Source: Eledone cirrhosa (taxonomy: Eukaryota). From it: a DNA stretch of 64,000 bases. This document shows positions 43,401 to 61,400 of this stretch, piece after piece. The stretch is from NCBI GenBank assembly GCA_964016885.1, contig OZ024743.1:76384001-76448000 (forward strand). The letters run 5' to 3'. Each line of letters opens with the position of its first letter. The first letter of the stretch is position 1. The notes under the pieces were generated by a model that worked only from the letters and a program-made list of their open reading frames with translations, was not told where the DNA came from and made no database searches. The position numbers were made by a program, and so were the translations under genes.

Positions 43401-46400
43401 TATATATTTTATAACATATTGAGACCTCAACATACTTTATATATTTTATTACATATTGAGAACTCAATACATTCTATATATTTTATTACATATTGAGACC
43501 CCTACCTATCCTATATATTTTATTACATATTGAGACCGCAACATACCCGATATATTTTGTTACATATTGAGACCCCAACCTACCCTATATATTTTATAAC
43601 ATATTGAGACCCTAAACCTACCCTATATATTTTATTACATGTTGAGACATCCACCTACCCTATATATTTTATTACATATTGAGACCTCAACCTACCCTAT
43701 AAATTTTATTACATATTGTGACCCCAACCCATTCTATATATTTTATTACATATTGAGACCTCAACCTACACTATATATTTTATTACTTACTGAGACACCA
43801 ACCTACCCTATATATTTTATTACATTTTGCAATCTCAACATACCCTATATATTTTATTACATATTGAGACCCCAACCCATTCTATATATTTTCTTACATA
43901 TTGAGACCTCAACCTACACTATATATTTTATTACTTACTGAGACACCAACCTACCCTATTTATTTTATTACATGTTGAGACCCCTGCCGACACTATATAT
44001 TTTGTTACATATTGAGACCTCAACCTACCCTATATATTTTGTTACATATTCAGACCCCAACCTACCCTATATATTTTATTACATATTGAGACCTCAACCT
44101 ACCCTATATATTTTATTACATATTGAGACCCCAACCTGCCCTATATATTTTATTACATATTGAGACCCCAACCTACCCTATATATTTTATTACATATTGA
44201 GACCTCAACCTACCCTATATATTTTATTACATATTGAGACCCCAACCTGCCCTATATATTTTATTACATATTGACACCTCAACCTGCCCTATATATTTTA
44301 TTACCTACTGAGACACCAACCTACCCTATATATTTTATTACATATTGAGACCTCAACCTACCATATATATTTTATTACATATTGAGACCCCAACCTACCC
44401 TATATATTTTATAACATATTGAGACCCCAACCTGCCCTATATATTTTATTACATATTGAGACCCCAACCTACCCTATATATTTTATTACATATTGAGACC
44501 CCAACCTGCCCTATATATTTTATTACGTATTGACACCTCAACCTGCCCTATATATTTTATTACCTACTGAGACACCAACCTACCCTATATATTTTATTAC
44601 ATATTGAGACCTCAACCTACCATATATATTTTATTACATATTGAGACCCCAACCTACCCTATATATTTTATAACATATTGAGACCATGACCTACCCTATA
44701 TATTTTATTACATATTGAGACCCCAACCTACCCTATATATTTTATTACATATTGAGACCCAAACCATTCTATATATTTTATTACATATTGAGACCCCAAC
44801 CTACCCTATATATTTTATTACATATTGAGACCCAAACCATTCTATATATTTTATTACATATTGACACCCCAACCTACCCTATATATTTTATTACATATTG
44901 AGACGCCTGCCTACCCTATATATTTTATTACATATTGAGACGCCAATCTACCCTATATATTTTATTACATATTGAGACCTCAACCTACACTATATATTTT
45001 ATTACATATTGAAACCTCAACCTACCCTATATATTTTATTACATATTGAGACCTCAACCTACGCTATATATTTTATTACATGTTGAGACCCCAACCAACC
45101 CTATATATTTTATTACATATTGAGACCTCAACCTACCCTATATATTTTATTACATATTGAGACCCCAACCAACCATATATATTTTATTACATATTGAGAC
45201 CCCTTCCCTCCCTATATATTTTATTACATATTGAGACCACAATCTACCCTATATATTTTATTACATATTGAGACCCCTTCCTACCCTATATATTTTTTAA
45301 CATATTGAGACCCCAACCTCACCTCTATAGTTTATAACATATTGAAACCCCTGCCTACCCTATATATTTTATAACATATTCAGACCTAAACCTACCCTCT
45401 ATATTTTATTATATATTGAGACCTCAACCAACCCGATATATTTTATTACATAATGAAACCCCTTATTACCCTATATATTTCATAACATATTGAGACCCCA
45501 ACCACCCCTATATATTTTATTACATATTGGTACCCCAACCCACCCTATATATTTTATTACATATTGAGACACCAACCCATTCTATATATTTTATTACATA
45601 TTGAGACACCAACCTACCCTATTTATTTTATTACATGTTGAGACCCCTGCCTACACTATATATTTTGTTACATATTGAGACCTCAACCTACCCTATATAT
45701 TTTATTACATATTCAGACCCCTACCTATCCTATATATTTTATAACATATTGAGACCCCAACCTGCCCTATATATTTTATTACATATTGAGAACACAACCT
45801 ACACTATATATTTTATTACATATTGAGACCCCTACCTATCCTATATATTTTATTACATATTGAGACCACAACATACACTATATATTTTGTTACGTATTGA
45901 GACACCAACCTACCCTATATATTTTATAACATTTGAGACCCCAACCTACCCTATATATTTTATTACATATTGAGACGTCAACCTACCCTATATATTTTAT
46001 TATATATTGAGACCCCAACCTGCCCTATATATTTTATTACATATTGAGACCTCAACCTACCCTATATATTTTATTACATATTGAGACCTCAACCTACCCT
46101 ATATATTTTATTACATATTGAGACCCCAACCCATTATATATATTTTATTACATATTGAGACCTCAACCTACGCTATATATTTTATTACATATTGAGACGT
46201 GAACCTGCCCTATATATTTTAGAAAATATTGAGACCCCAAATCATTCTATATAATTTATTACATATTGAGAGATCAACCTACCCTATATATTTTATTACA
46301 TATTGAGACCACAACATACCCTATATATTTTGTTACATATTGAGACCCCAACGTACCCTATATATTTTATAACATATTGAGACCGCAACGTACACTATAT

Positions 46401-49400
46401 ATTTTATTACATATTGAGACATCAACCTACCCTATATATTTTATTATATATTGAGACCCCAACCTGCCCTATATATTTTATTACATATTGAGACATCAAA
46501 CTACACTATATATTTTATTACATATTGAGAGATCAACCTACACTATATATTTATTACATATGGAGACCCCTGCCTACCTCATATATTTTATGATATATTG
46601 AGACGCCAAAGTAGCCTATATATTTTATTACATATTGAGACCGCTACACTTTCTATATATTTTATGACATATTGTGACGCCAACATAGCCAATATATTTT
46701 ATTACATATTGAGACCCCAACCTACCCTATATATTTTATAACATTTTGAGACCCCAACATACCATATATATTTTATTACATATTGAGACACCAACCCATT
46801 CTATATATTTTATTACATATTGAGACACCAACCTACCCTATTTATTTTATTACATGTTGAGACCCCTGCCTACACTATATATTTTGTTACATATTGAGAC
46901 CTCAACCTACCCTATATATTTTATTACATATTCAGACCCCTACCTATCCTATATATTTTATAACATATTGAGACCCCAACCTGCCCTATATATTTTATTA
47001 CATATTGAGAACACAACCTACACTATATATTTTATTACATATTGAGACCCCTACCTATCCTATATATTTTATTACATATTGAGACCACAACATACACTAT
47101 ATATTTTGTTACGTATTGAGACACCAACCTACCCTATATATTTTATAACATTTGAGACCCCAACCTACCCTATATATTTTATTACATATTGAGACGTCAA
47201 CCTACCCTATATATTTTATTATATATTGAGACCCCAACCTGCCCTATATATTTTATTACATATTGAGACCTCAACCTACCCTATATATTTTATTACATAT
47301 TGAGACCTCAACCTACCCTATATATTTTATTACATATTGAGACCCCAACCCATTATATATATTTTATTACATATTGAGACCTCAACCTACGCTATATATT
47401 TTATTACATATTGAGACGTGAACCTGCCCTATATATTTTAGAAAATATTGAGACCCCAAATCATTCTATATAATTTATTACATATTGAGAGATCAACCTA
47501 CCCTATATATTTTATTACATATTGAGACCACAACATACCCTATATATTTTGTTACATATTGAGACCCCAACGTACCCTATATATTTTATAACATATTGAG
47601 ACCGCAACGTACACTATATATTTTATTACATATTGAGACATCAACCTACCCTATATATTTTATTATATATTGAGACCCCAACCTGCCCTATATATTTTAT
47701 TACATATTGAGACATCAAACTACACTATATATTTTATTACATATTGAGAGATCAACCTACACTATATATTTATTACATATGGAGACCCCTGCCTACCTCA
47801 TATATTTTATGATATATTGAGACGCCAAAGTAGCCTATATATTTTATTACATATTGAGACCGCTACACTTTCTATATATTTTATGACATATTGTGACGCC
47901 AACATAGCCAATATATTTTATTACATATTGAGACCCCAACCTACCCTATATATTTTATAACATTTTGAGACCCCAACATACCATATATATTTTATTACAT
48001 ATTGAGACCTCAACCCATTCTATATATTTTATTACATATTGAGACACCTACCTACCCTATATATTTTATTACATATTGAGACACCTACCTACCCTATATA
48101 TTTTATTACATATTGAGACCTCAACCCATTCTATATATTTTATTACATATTGAGACCGCAACATACCCGATATATTTTGTTACATATTGAGACCCCAACC
48201 TACCCTATATATTTTATAACATATTGAGACCCTAAACCTACCCTATATATTTTATTACATGTTGAGACATCAACCTACCCTTTATATTTTATTACATATT
48301 GTGAACCCAACCCATTCTATATATTTTATTACATATTGAGACCTCAACCTATACTATATATTTTATTACATTTTGCTATCTCAACATACCCTATATGTTT
48401 TATTACATATTGAGACCCCTGCCGACACTATATATTTTGTTACATATTGAGACCTCAACCTACCCTATATATTTTATTACATATTCAGACCCCTACCTAC
48501 CCTATATATTTTATTACATATTGACACTTCAACCTACCCTATATATTTTATTACATATTGAGACCTCAACCTGCCCTATATATTTTATTACCTACTGAGA
48601 CACCAACCTACCCTATATATTTTATTACATATTGAGACCTCAACCTACCCTATATATTTAATTACATATTGAGACCATGACCTACCCTATATATTTTGTT
48701 ATATATGGAGACCCCACCCTACCCTATATATATTATTACATATTGAGACCCCCAACCTACCCTATATATTTTATTACATATTGAGACCCCAACCTACCCT
48801 ATATATTTTATAACATATTGAGAACTCAACCTACCATATATATTTTATTACATATTGAGACCCCAACCTACCCTATACATTTTATTACATATTGAGACCC
48901 AAACCATTCTATATATTTTATTACATATTGAGACCTCAACCTAGCCTATATATTTTATTACATATTGACACCCCAATCTACCCTATATGTTTTATTACAT
49001 ATTGAGACCTCAACCTACACTATATATTTTATTACATATAGAAACCTCAACCTACCCTATATATTTTATTACATATTGAGACCTCAACCTACCCTATATA
49101 TTTTATTACATATTGAGACACCAACCAACCCTATATATTTTATTACATATTGAGACCTCAACCTACCCTATATATTTTATTACATATTGAGACCCCAACC
49201 AACCATATATATTTTATTACATATTGAGACACCTTCCCTCTCTATATATTTTATTACATATTGAGACCACAATCTACCCTCTATATTTTATAACATATTG
49301 AAACCCCTGCCAACCCTATATATTTTATGACATATTCAGACCTAAACCTACCCTCTATATTTTATTATATATTGAGACCTCAACCAACCCGATATATTTT

Positions 49401-52400
49401 ATTACATATTGAAACCCCTTATTACCCTATATATTTCATAACATATTGAGACCCCAACCACCCCTATATATTTTATTACATATTGGTACCCTAACCCACT
49501 CTATATATTTTATTACATATTGAGACACCAACGCATTCTATATATTTTATTACATATTGAGACCCCAACCTACCCTATTTATTTTATTACATGTTGAAAC
49601 GCCTGCCTACACTATATATTTTGTTACATATTGAGACCCCAACTACCCTGTATATTTTATTAAATATTGAGACCTCAAACTACCCTATATATTTTATTAC
49701 ATATTGAGACCCCAACCTGCCCTATATATTTTATTACATATTGACACCTCAACCTACACTATATATTTTATTACATATTGAGACCTCAACCTGCCCTATA
49801 TATTTTATTACCTACTGAGACACCAACCTACCCTATATATTTTATTACATATTGAGTCCTCAAGCTACCCTATATATGTTATTACATATTCAGACTCGTA
49901 CCTACCCTATATATTTTATTACATATTCAGACCCCAACCTACCCTATATATTTTATTACATATTGAGACGCCTGCCTACCCTATATATTTTATAACATAT
50001 TGAGACCCCAACCCATTCTATATATTTTATTACATATTGAGACCTCAACCTACCCTATATATATTATTACATATTGAGAACCTAATTTACCCTATATATT
50101 TTATTACCTATTGAGAACTCAACCGACCCTATATATTTTATAACATATTGAAACCCAACCTACCCTATATATTTTATTACATATGGAGACCCCAACCTAC
50201 ACTATATATTTTGTTAAATATTGAGACCTCAACCTACCCTATATATTCTGTTACATATTGAGACCCCTATCTGGCCTATGTATTTTATAACATATTGAGA
50301 GCCCAACATACTCTATATATTTTATTTCATATTGAGACCTCAACTTAGCCTGTATATTTTATTACATATTGAGACCCCTACCTATCCTATGTATTTTATA
50401 ACATATTGAGACCCCAGCCTATCCTATATATTTTATTACATATTGAGAGCTCAACCTACCCTATATATTTTATTACATATTGAAACCGCTGCCTACCCTA
50501 TATATTTTATTACATATTGAGACCCCAACCTACCCTATATATTTTATTACATATTGAGACCCCTGCCTACCCTATATATTTTTTTACATAATGAAACCGG
50601 GCCTACCCTATATATTTTATTACATATTGAGACCCCAACCTACCCTATATATTTTATTACATATTGAGACCCCAACCTACCCTCTATATTTTTTTACATA
50701 ATGAAACCGGGCCTACCCTATATATTTTATTACATATTGACACCTCTACCTACACTATATACTTTGTTACATATATAGACCTCAACCTCCCCTATATATT
50801 TTATTAAATATTGAGACCCCTACCTACCCTATATATTTTATAACATATTGAAACCAGCCAACCTACCCTATATATTTTATTACATATTGAGACACCTGCC
50901 TGCCCCATATATTTTATTACATATTGAGAACCATACCAACCCTATATATTTTATTACATATTGAGACCCCTATCTACCCTATATATTTTATACCATATTG
51001 AGACCCCAACCCATTCTATATAATTTACTACATATTGAAACCTCAACATACCCTATATATTTTATTACATATTGAGACCCCTGCCTACCCTATATATTTT
51101 ATAAAATATTCTGACCCCAACCTACCCTATATATTTTATTACATATTGAGACGCCTGCCTACCCTATATATTTTATAAAATATTCAGACCCCAACCTACC
51201 CTATATATTTTATTACATATATATTTTATTACATACGGAGACCCCAACCCATTCGATATATTTTATTACATACGGAGACCCCAGCCTACCCTATATATTT
51301 CATAACATTTTGAGACCCCAACCAACACTATATATTTTATTACATGTTGAGACTTTAACCTACCCTATATATTTTATTACATATTGAGACTCCTGCCTAC
51401 CCTATAAATTTTATTACATATTCAGACTTCAACCCCTTCTATATATTTTATTACATATTGAGCCCCCTGCCCACGCTATGTATTTTATAACATATTGAGA
51501 GCCCAACAGACACTATATATTTTATTACATATTGAGACCTCAACCTACCCTATATATTTTCTTACATATTAAGACGCCAACCTACCCTATATATTTTATA
51601 ACATATTGAGACCCCAACCCATTCTATATATTTTATTACATATTGAGACCCCTGCCTACCCTATATATTTTATTACATATTGAGACCTCAACCTACCCTA
51701 TATATTTTCTAACATATTGAGACCTCAACCAACCCTATATATTTTGTTACATATTGAGAATTCTACCTACCCTATATATTTTAGTACATATTCAGTCCTC
51801 AACCTACCCTATATATTTTATTACATATTGAGACCTCAACCTACCCTATATATTTTATTACATATTGAGACCCCAACCCATTCTATATATTTTATTACAT
51901 ATTGAGACCTCAACCTACCCTATATATTTTGTTACATATTGAGAACTCTACCTACCCTATATATTTTAGTACATATTCAGTCCTCAACCTACACTATATA
52001 TTATATTACATATTGAGACCTCAACCTACCCTATATATTTTATTACATATTGAGACCTCAACCTACCCTATATATTTTATTACATATTGAGACCTCAACC
52101 TACCCTATATATTTTATTACATATTGAGACCTCAACCTACCCTATATATTTTGTTACATATTCAGACCTCAACCTACCCTATATATTTTATTACATATTG
52201 AGACCCCTGCCTAACCCATATATTTTATTACATATTGAGACCCCCGTACCTACCCTATATATTTTATTACATATTGAGACTCTACCTACCCTATATATTT
52301 TATAACATATTGTGACCCCCATACCTACCCTATATATTTTATTACATATTGAGACCCCTACCAACCCTATATATTTTATAACATATTGAAACCCCCCAAC

Positions 52401-55400
52401 CTTCCCTGTATATTTTATTACATATTGAGACCTCAACCTACACTATATATTTTATTACATATTGAGACCCATACCTACCCTATATATTTTATTACATATT
52501 GAGACCCCTAGCTACCCTATATATTTTATACCATATGGAAACCGCAACCCATTCTATATATTTTACTACATATTGAGACCCCTGCATAGCCTATATATTT
52601 TATAACATATTCAGACCCCAACCTATCCTATATATTTTATTACATATTCAGACCTCAACCCATTCTATATATTTTATTACATATTTAGAGAGCTACCTAC
52701 CCTATATATTTTATTACATACCGAGACCCCAACCTACCCTATATATTTTATAACATATTGAGACCCCAACCAACCCTATATATTTTATTACATGTTGAGA
52801 CTTCAACCTACCCTATATATTTTATAACATATTAAGACCCCTGCCTTCCCTATAAATTTTATTACATAATGAGACTTCAACCCCTTCTATATATTTTATT
52901 ACATATTGAGACCCTAACCTACACTATATATTTTATTACATATTGAGACCTCAACCTACCCTATATATTTTATTATATATTGAGACCTCTACCTACACTA
53001 TATATTTTATTAACTATTGAAAACACAACCGACCCTATATATTTTATTACTTATTGAGACCTCAACCTACTCTATATATTTTATTACATATTCAGAACTT
53101 AACCTACCCTATATATTTTATTACATATTGAGACCCCTGCCTACCCCATATATTTTCTTACATATTAAGACGCCAAACTACCCTATATATTTTATAACAT
53201 ATTAAGACCCCAACCCATTTTATATATTTTATTACATATTTAGACACCAACCTACCCTATATATTTTATAACATATTCAGACCTCAACCTACCCTATATA
53301 TTTTATTACATATTCAGACCTCAACCTACTTTACATATTTTATTACATATGGAGACCCCTGCCTACCTTACATATTTTATTACATATTGAGACCCCTGCC
53401 TACCCTATATATTTTATAACATATTGAGATCTCAACCTACCCTATATATTTTATAACATATTGATACCCCAACCAACCCTATATATTTTATTACATGTTG
53501 AGACTTCAACCGACCCTATAGATTTTATTACATATTGAGAAGCCTGCCTAACCTATAAATGTTATTAAATATTGAGACTTCAACCCCTTCTATATATTTT
53601 ATTACATATTGTGACTTCAACCTCACCTATATATTTTATTACATATTGAGACCCCAACCCATTCTATATATTTTATTACATATTGAGACCCCTGCCTAAC
53701 CCATATATTTTATTCCATATTGAGACCCCAACCAACCCTATATATTTTATTACATATTGAGACCCCTGCCTACCCTATAAGTTTTATTAAATAATGAGAC
53801 TTCAACCCCTTCTATATATTTTATAACATATTGAGACCTCAACCTAGCCTATATATTTTATTACAGATTGAGACCCCAACCATTCTATATATTTTATTAG
53901 ATATTGAGACCCAAACCTCCCCATATTGAGACCTCAACCTACCCTATAAATTTTATTACATATTGAGACTTCAACCCCTTCTATATATTTTATTACATAT
54001 TGAGACCCTAACCTACCCTATATATTTTATAACATATTGAGACACCTGCCTACCCTATATATTTTATAACATATTGAGACTTCAACCCCTTCTATATATA
54101 TTATTACATATTGAGACCTCAACCTACCCTATATATTTTATTACATATTGAGACCCAAACCTACACTGAATATTTCATAAAATATTTAGATCCCAACCCA
54201 TTCTATATATTGTATTACATGTTGAGACCGCTACCTACTCTATATATTTTATTACATATTGAGACTTCAACCTCCCCTATATATTTTATTACATATTGAG
54301 ACCTCAACCTACCCTATGTATTTTATTACATATTGAGACCCATGCCAACCCTATATATTTTATTACATGTTGAGACCCCAACCTACCCTATATATTTTAT
54401 TACGTATTGAGACCTCAACCTACCCTATGTATTTTATTACATATTGAGACCCATGCCAACCCTATATATTTTATTACATGTTGAGACCCCAACCAACCCT
54501 ATATATTTTATAACATGTTGAGACCACGACCTACATTATATATTTCATTACATATTGAGTTCTCACCCTTCCTTATATATTTTATTACATATTGAGACCT
54601 CTACCTAACCTATATATTTTATTACATATTGAGACCCCAACCTACCCTATATATTTTGTTACATATTGAGACCTCAACCTACCCTATATATTTTATGACA
54701 TATTGAGACCCCTGCCTACCCTATATATTTTATAACATATTGAGACCCCCTACCTACCCTATATATTTTATGACATATCGAGATCCCTACCTACTCTATA
54801 TATTTTATTACATATTTAGACCTCAACACATTCTATATAATTTATTACATATTCAGACCCAAACTTACCCTATGTATTTCATAAAATATTTAGACTCCAA
54901 CCCATTCTATATATTGTATTACATATTGAGACCCCAACCCATTCTCTATATTTTAATACATATTGAGACCCCTACCTACCCTATATATTTTATTACATAT
55001 TGAGACTTCAACATCCCCTATATATTTTATTACATGTTGAGACCTTAACATCCACTATATATTCTATTACATATTGAAACCCCTGCCTACCCTATATATT
55101 GGATAACATATTGAGACATCAACCTAATCTATATATTTTATTAAATATGGAGACCCCAACCTAGGCTATATATTTCATAAAATATTTAGATCCCAACCTA
55201 TTCTATATATTTTATTATATATTGAGACCCCTACCTACGCTATATATTTTATAACATATTGAGACCCCCTACCTACCCTATATATTTTATAACATATTGA
55301 GATCCCTGCTTACCCTATATATTTTATTATATATTGAGACCCCTACCTACCCTATATATTTTATTACATATTTAGACCCAAAGCCATTCTATATATTTTA

Positions 55401-58400
55401 TTACATGTTGAGACCTCAACCTACACTATATATTCTATTACATATTGAAACCCCTCCCTACCCAATATATTTCATAACACATTGAGACTCCTGCTTACCC
55501 TATATATTTTATTACATATTGAGACCCCAACCTTCCCTATATATTTTATTACATATTCAGACCTTAAGCTACCCTATATATTTTATTACATATTGAGACC
55601 CCAACCCATTCTATATATCTTATTACAAATTGAGACCTCAACATACCCTATATATTTTATTACATATTGAGACCTCAACCTAACCTATATATTTTATTAC
55701 ATATTGAGACCCCTACCCTACCTACCCTATATATTTTATAACATAGAGAAACCCCCCTACATACCCTATATATTTTATTACATATTGATACATCTACCTA
55801 CCCTATATATTTTATACATATTGAGACATCAACCTACCCTATATATTTTATTACATAATGAGACGCCAACCCATTCTATATATTTTATTACATATTGAGA
55901 CCCCAACCTACCCTATATATCTTATTACATATTGAGACCACAACCTACCCTACATATATTTTATTACATATTGAGACCTCAACCTACTCTATATATTTTA
56001 TTACATATTCAGAACTTAACCTACCCTATATATTTTATTACATATTGAGACCCCAACCCATTCTATATATTTTATTACATATTGAGACCTGAACCTACCC
56101 TATATATGTTATTACATATTGAGACCTCAACCTACCCTATATATTTTATTACATATTGAGACCTCAACCTACACTATATATTTTATTAAATATTGAGACC
56201 CCAACCTACCCTATATATTTCATAAAATATTTAAACCCCAACCCATTCTATATATTGTATTACATATTGTGACCCAACACATTCTACATATTTTATTACA
56301 TATTGAGACCCCTACCTCCCCTAAATATTTTATTACATATTGAGACCTCAACCTACCCTATGTATTTTATTACATATTTAGAACCATGCCAACCCTAAAT
56401 ATTTTATTACATATTGAGAGCCCAAACTACCCTATATATTTTATTACATATTGAGACCCCTGCCTACACTATATATCTCATTACATATTGAGTTCTCACC
56501 CTTCCTTATATATTTTATTACATATTGAGACCTCTACATAACCTATATATTTTATTACTTATTGAGACCCCAACCCATTCTATATATTTTATTACATATT
56601 GAGACCTCAACCTACACTATATATTTTATTACATATTGAGACCCAACCCATTCTATATATTTTATTACATATTGAGACACCTACCTACACTATATATTTT
56701 ATTACATGTTGAGAGCTCAATCTACCCTATATATTTCATTACATATTGAGAAAGCAACCCATTCTATATATTTTATTACATATTGAGACCCCTGCCTAGA
56801 CTATATATTTTATTACATATTGAGACCTATATCTACCCTATATATTTTATTACATATTGAGACCTCAACCTACTCTATATATTTTATTACATATTCAGAT
56901 CTCAACCTACCCTATATATTTTATTACATATTGAGACATCAACCTACCCTATATATTTTATTACATATTCAGACGCCAACTCATCCTATATGTTTTATTA
57001 CATATTGAGACCCCAACCTACCCTATATATTTTATTACATATTGAGACGCCTGCCTACCCTATATATTTTATTACATATTGAGTCCTCAACCGACCCTAT
57101 ATATTTTATTACATATTGAGATCTCGACCTAACCTGTATATTTTATTACATATTGAAAACTCACCCTACACTATATATTTTATTACATATTGAGACCTCA
57201 ACCTACCCTATATATTTTATTACATATTGATTCCCCAACCTACCCTATATATTTTATTACATATTGAAACCCGTGCCTACCCTATATATTCTATTACTGA
57301 TTGAGACCTCAACCTACCCTATATATTTTATTACATATTCAGTTCTCAACCTACCCTGTATATTTTATTACATATTGAGACCTCAACCTACCCTATATAT
57401 TTTAATACATATTCAGACGCCAACTCATCCTATATATTTTATTACATATTGAGACCCCAACCCATTCTATATATTTTATTACATATTGAGACTTCAACCT
57501 ACCCTATATATTTTATTACATACTGAGACCCCAACCTACACTATATATTTTATTACATATTAAGACCTCAACCTACCCTATATATTTTATTACATATTGA
57601 GACCCCAACCCATTCTATATATTCTATTACTGATTGAGACCTCAACCTACCCTATATATTTTATTACATATTGAGAACTCAACCTACACTATATATTTTA
57701 TTACATATTGAGACCTCAACTTACACTATATATTTTATAACATATTGAGACCCCCTACCTACCCTGTATATTTTATTACCTATTGAGACCTCAACCTACC
57801 CTGTATATTTTAGTACATATTGAGACCCCTGCCTACCCTATATATTTTATAACATATTGAACCCCAACCTACACTATATATTTTATTACATGTTGAGACT
57901 TCAACCTACCATATATATTTTATTACATATTGAGACCCCTGCCTACCCCATATATTTTATTACATATTGAGACCTACCTAGCCTATATATTTTATTACAT
58001 ATTGATTCCACAACATACCCTATATATTTTATTAAATATTGAGACCCCAACCCATTCTATATATTTTATACCATATTCAGACATCAACCAACCCTATGTA
58101 TTTTATTACATATTGAGACCCCTGCCTACTCCATATATTTTATTACATATTGAGAGACATACCTACCCTATATATTTCATAACATATTGAGACCCCCCTA
58201 CGTACCCTATATATTTTTTTACATATTGCGAGCTCTACCTAGCCTATATATTTTATAACATATTGAGATGCCCCTACCTACATTATATATTTTATTACAT
58301 ATTGAGACCCCTACCTACCCTATATACTTTATAACATATTGAGACCCCCAATCTACCCTATATGTTTTATTACATATTGAGACGTCAACATACCCTATAT

Positions 58401-61400
58401 ATTTTATTACACATTTAGACCTTAACCTACCCTATATATTTTATTACATATTGAGACCCAAACCATTCTATATATTTTATTACATATTGAGACCTCAACC
58501 TACCCTATATATTTTATTACATATTGAGACACCTGCCTACCCCATATATTTTATTACATATTGAGACCCATACCTACCCTATATATTTTAAAACATATTG
58601 AGACCCCCTACCTACCCTATATATTTTATTACGTATTGAGACCCCTGCCTACCCTATATATGTTATAACATATTGAGACCTCAACTTACCTTACATATTT
58701 TATTACATATTGAGACCTCAACCTACCCTATATATTTTATTATATATTGAGACGTCTACCTACCCTATATATTTTATTACATATTGAGACCCCAACCCAT
58801 TCTATATGTTTTCTTACATATTGAAACGCCAACATACACTATATATTTTATTACATATTGAAACCCCAACCTACATTATATATTTTATGACATATTTAGA
58901 CCTCAACATACCCTATATATTTTATTACATATTGAGACCCCAACCTACCCTATATATTTTATTACATATTGAGTCCCCAACATACATTATATATTTTATT
59001 ACATATTGAGACTTCAACCTACCCTATATATTTTATTACATGTTGTGACCCCTGCCTAACCTATATATTTTATAACATATTGAGAACCCAACCTACCCTA
59101 TATATTTTATCAGATGTTGAGACCTCAACCTACCCTATATATTTTATTACATATTGACACCCCACCTACCTTATATATTTTATAACATATTGAGACCCCC
59201 CTACCTACACTATATATTTTATTACATATTTAGACCTCAACCTACCCTATATATTTTATTACATATTGAGACCCCAACCTACCCTATATATTTTATTACA
59301 TATTGAGAACCCAACCCATTCTATATATTTTATTACATATTGAGACCTCAACCTACACTATATATTTATTACATGTTGAGACGCCAACCGATTCTATATA
59401 TTTTCTTGCATATTGACACACAAACCTACACTATATATTGAATAACATATTGAGACCACAACCTAACCTATATATTGTAATACATATTGTGACCCCAAGC
59501 CATTCTATATATTTTATTTCATATTGAGACCCCTACCTACACTATATATTGTATTATCTATTGAGACTTCAACATCCCCTATATATTTTATTACATATTG
59601 AGACAGCAACCTACCCTTATATTTATTACATATTGAGACTCCTACCTACACTATATATTTTATTACCTATTGAGACCTCAACCTTCCCTATATATTTTAT
59701 TACATATTGAGACACCTGCCTACACTATATATTTTATAACATATTGAGACCCCTACGTACCCTATATATTTTATTAGATATTGAGAGCTCAAACTACCCT
59801 ATATATTTTATTACATATTGAGACCTCAACCTACCCTATATATTTTATAACATATTGAGACCCCTGCCTACCCCGTATATTTTATTACATATTGAGACCC
59901 CTACATAACCTATATATTTTATAACATATTGAGACCCCCCTACCTACACTATATATTTTATTACATATTCAGACCTCAACCTACCCTATATATTTTATTA
60001 CATATTAAGACCCCAACCTACCCTATATATTTTATTACATATTGAGACCTCAGCCTACCCTATATATTTTATTACATATTGAGACCTCAACCTACCCTAT
60101 ATATTTTATTACATATTGATACCTCAACCTAACCTATATATTTTATTACATATTGAGACCCCTACATACCATATATTTTATTACATATTGATACCTCAAC
60201 CTATCCTATAAAATTTATTACATATTGAGACCAACTACCTACCTTATATATTCTATAACATATTGAAACCCCCCTATCTACTCTATATATTTTATTACAT
60301 ATTGAGACATGCACCTACCCTATATATTTTATTACATATTTAGACCCCATCCCATTCTATATATTTTATTACATATTCAAATTCGAACTCATTCTATATA
60401 TTTAAATACATATTGAGAGAACAACACAATATATATATATTATTCCATATTGAGACCTCAACCTGCCCTATATATTTTATTCCATATTGAGACCTCAACC
60501 TACCCTATATATTTTATTGCATATTGAGACACCTGGCTACCCTATATATTTTATTACATATTGAGACCTCAACCTACCCTATATATTATATTACATATTG
60601 AGACACCTGCCTACCCTATATATTTTATTACATATTGAGACCTCTACCTACCCTATATATTTTATTACATATTGAGACCCCAACCTACCCTATATATTTT
60701 ATTACATGTTGAGGCCCCTACCTACCCTATATATTTTATAACATATTGAGTCCCCCTACCTACCCTATATATTTTATTACATATTGAGACCTCTACCTAC
60801 CCTATATATTTTATAACATATTGAGACGCCAACTCACCCAATATATTTTATTACATATTGAAACCCCAGCCTACACTATATATTTTAAAACATATTCAAA
60901 TCTCAACCTATCCTATATATTTTATTACATATTGAGACGTCAACCTACCCAATATATTTTATTACATATTGAGTCCCCAACCTACACTATGTATTTTATT
61001 ACATATTGAGTCCCCAACATACACTATATATTTTATTACATATTGAGACCTCAACCTACCCCATATATTTTATTACATATTGAATCCCCAACATAGCCTA
61101 TATATTTTATTACATATTGAGACCTTAACCTACCCTATATATTTTATTACATATTGAGTCCCCAACATACACTACATATTTTATTACATATTGAGACCCC
61201 AACCTACCCTATATATTTTATTACATATTGAGTCCCCAACATACACTATATATTTTATTACATATTGAGACGACAACCTACACTATATATTTTATTACAT
61301 ATTGAGATCCCAACCTACCCTATATATTTTATTAGATATTGAGAGCTCAAACTACCCTATATATTTTATTACAAATTGAGACCTCAAACTACCCTATATA

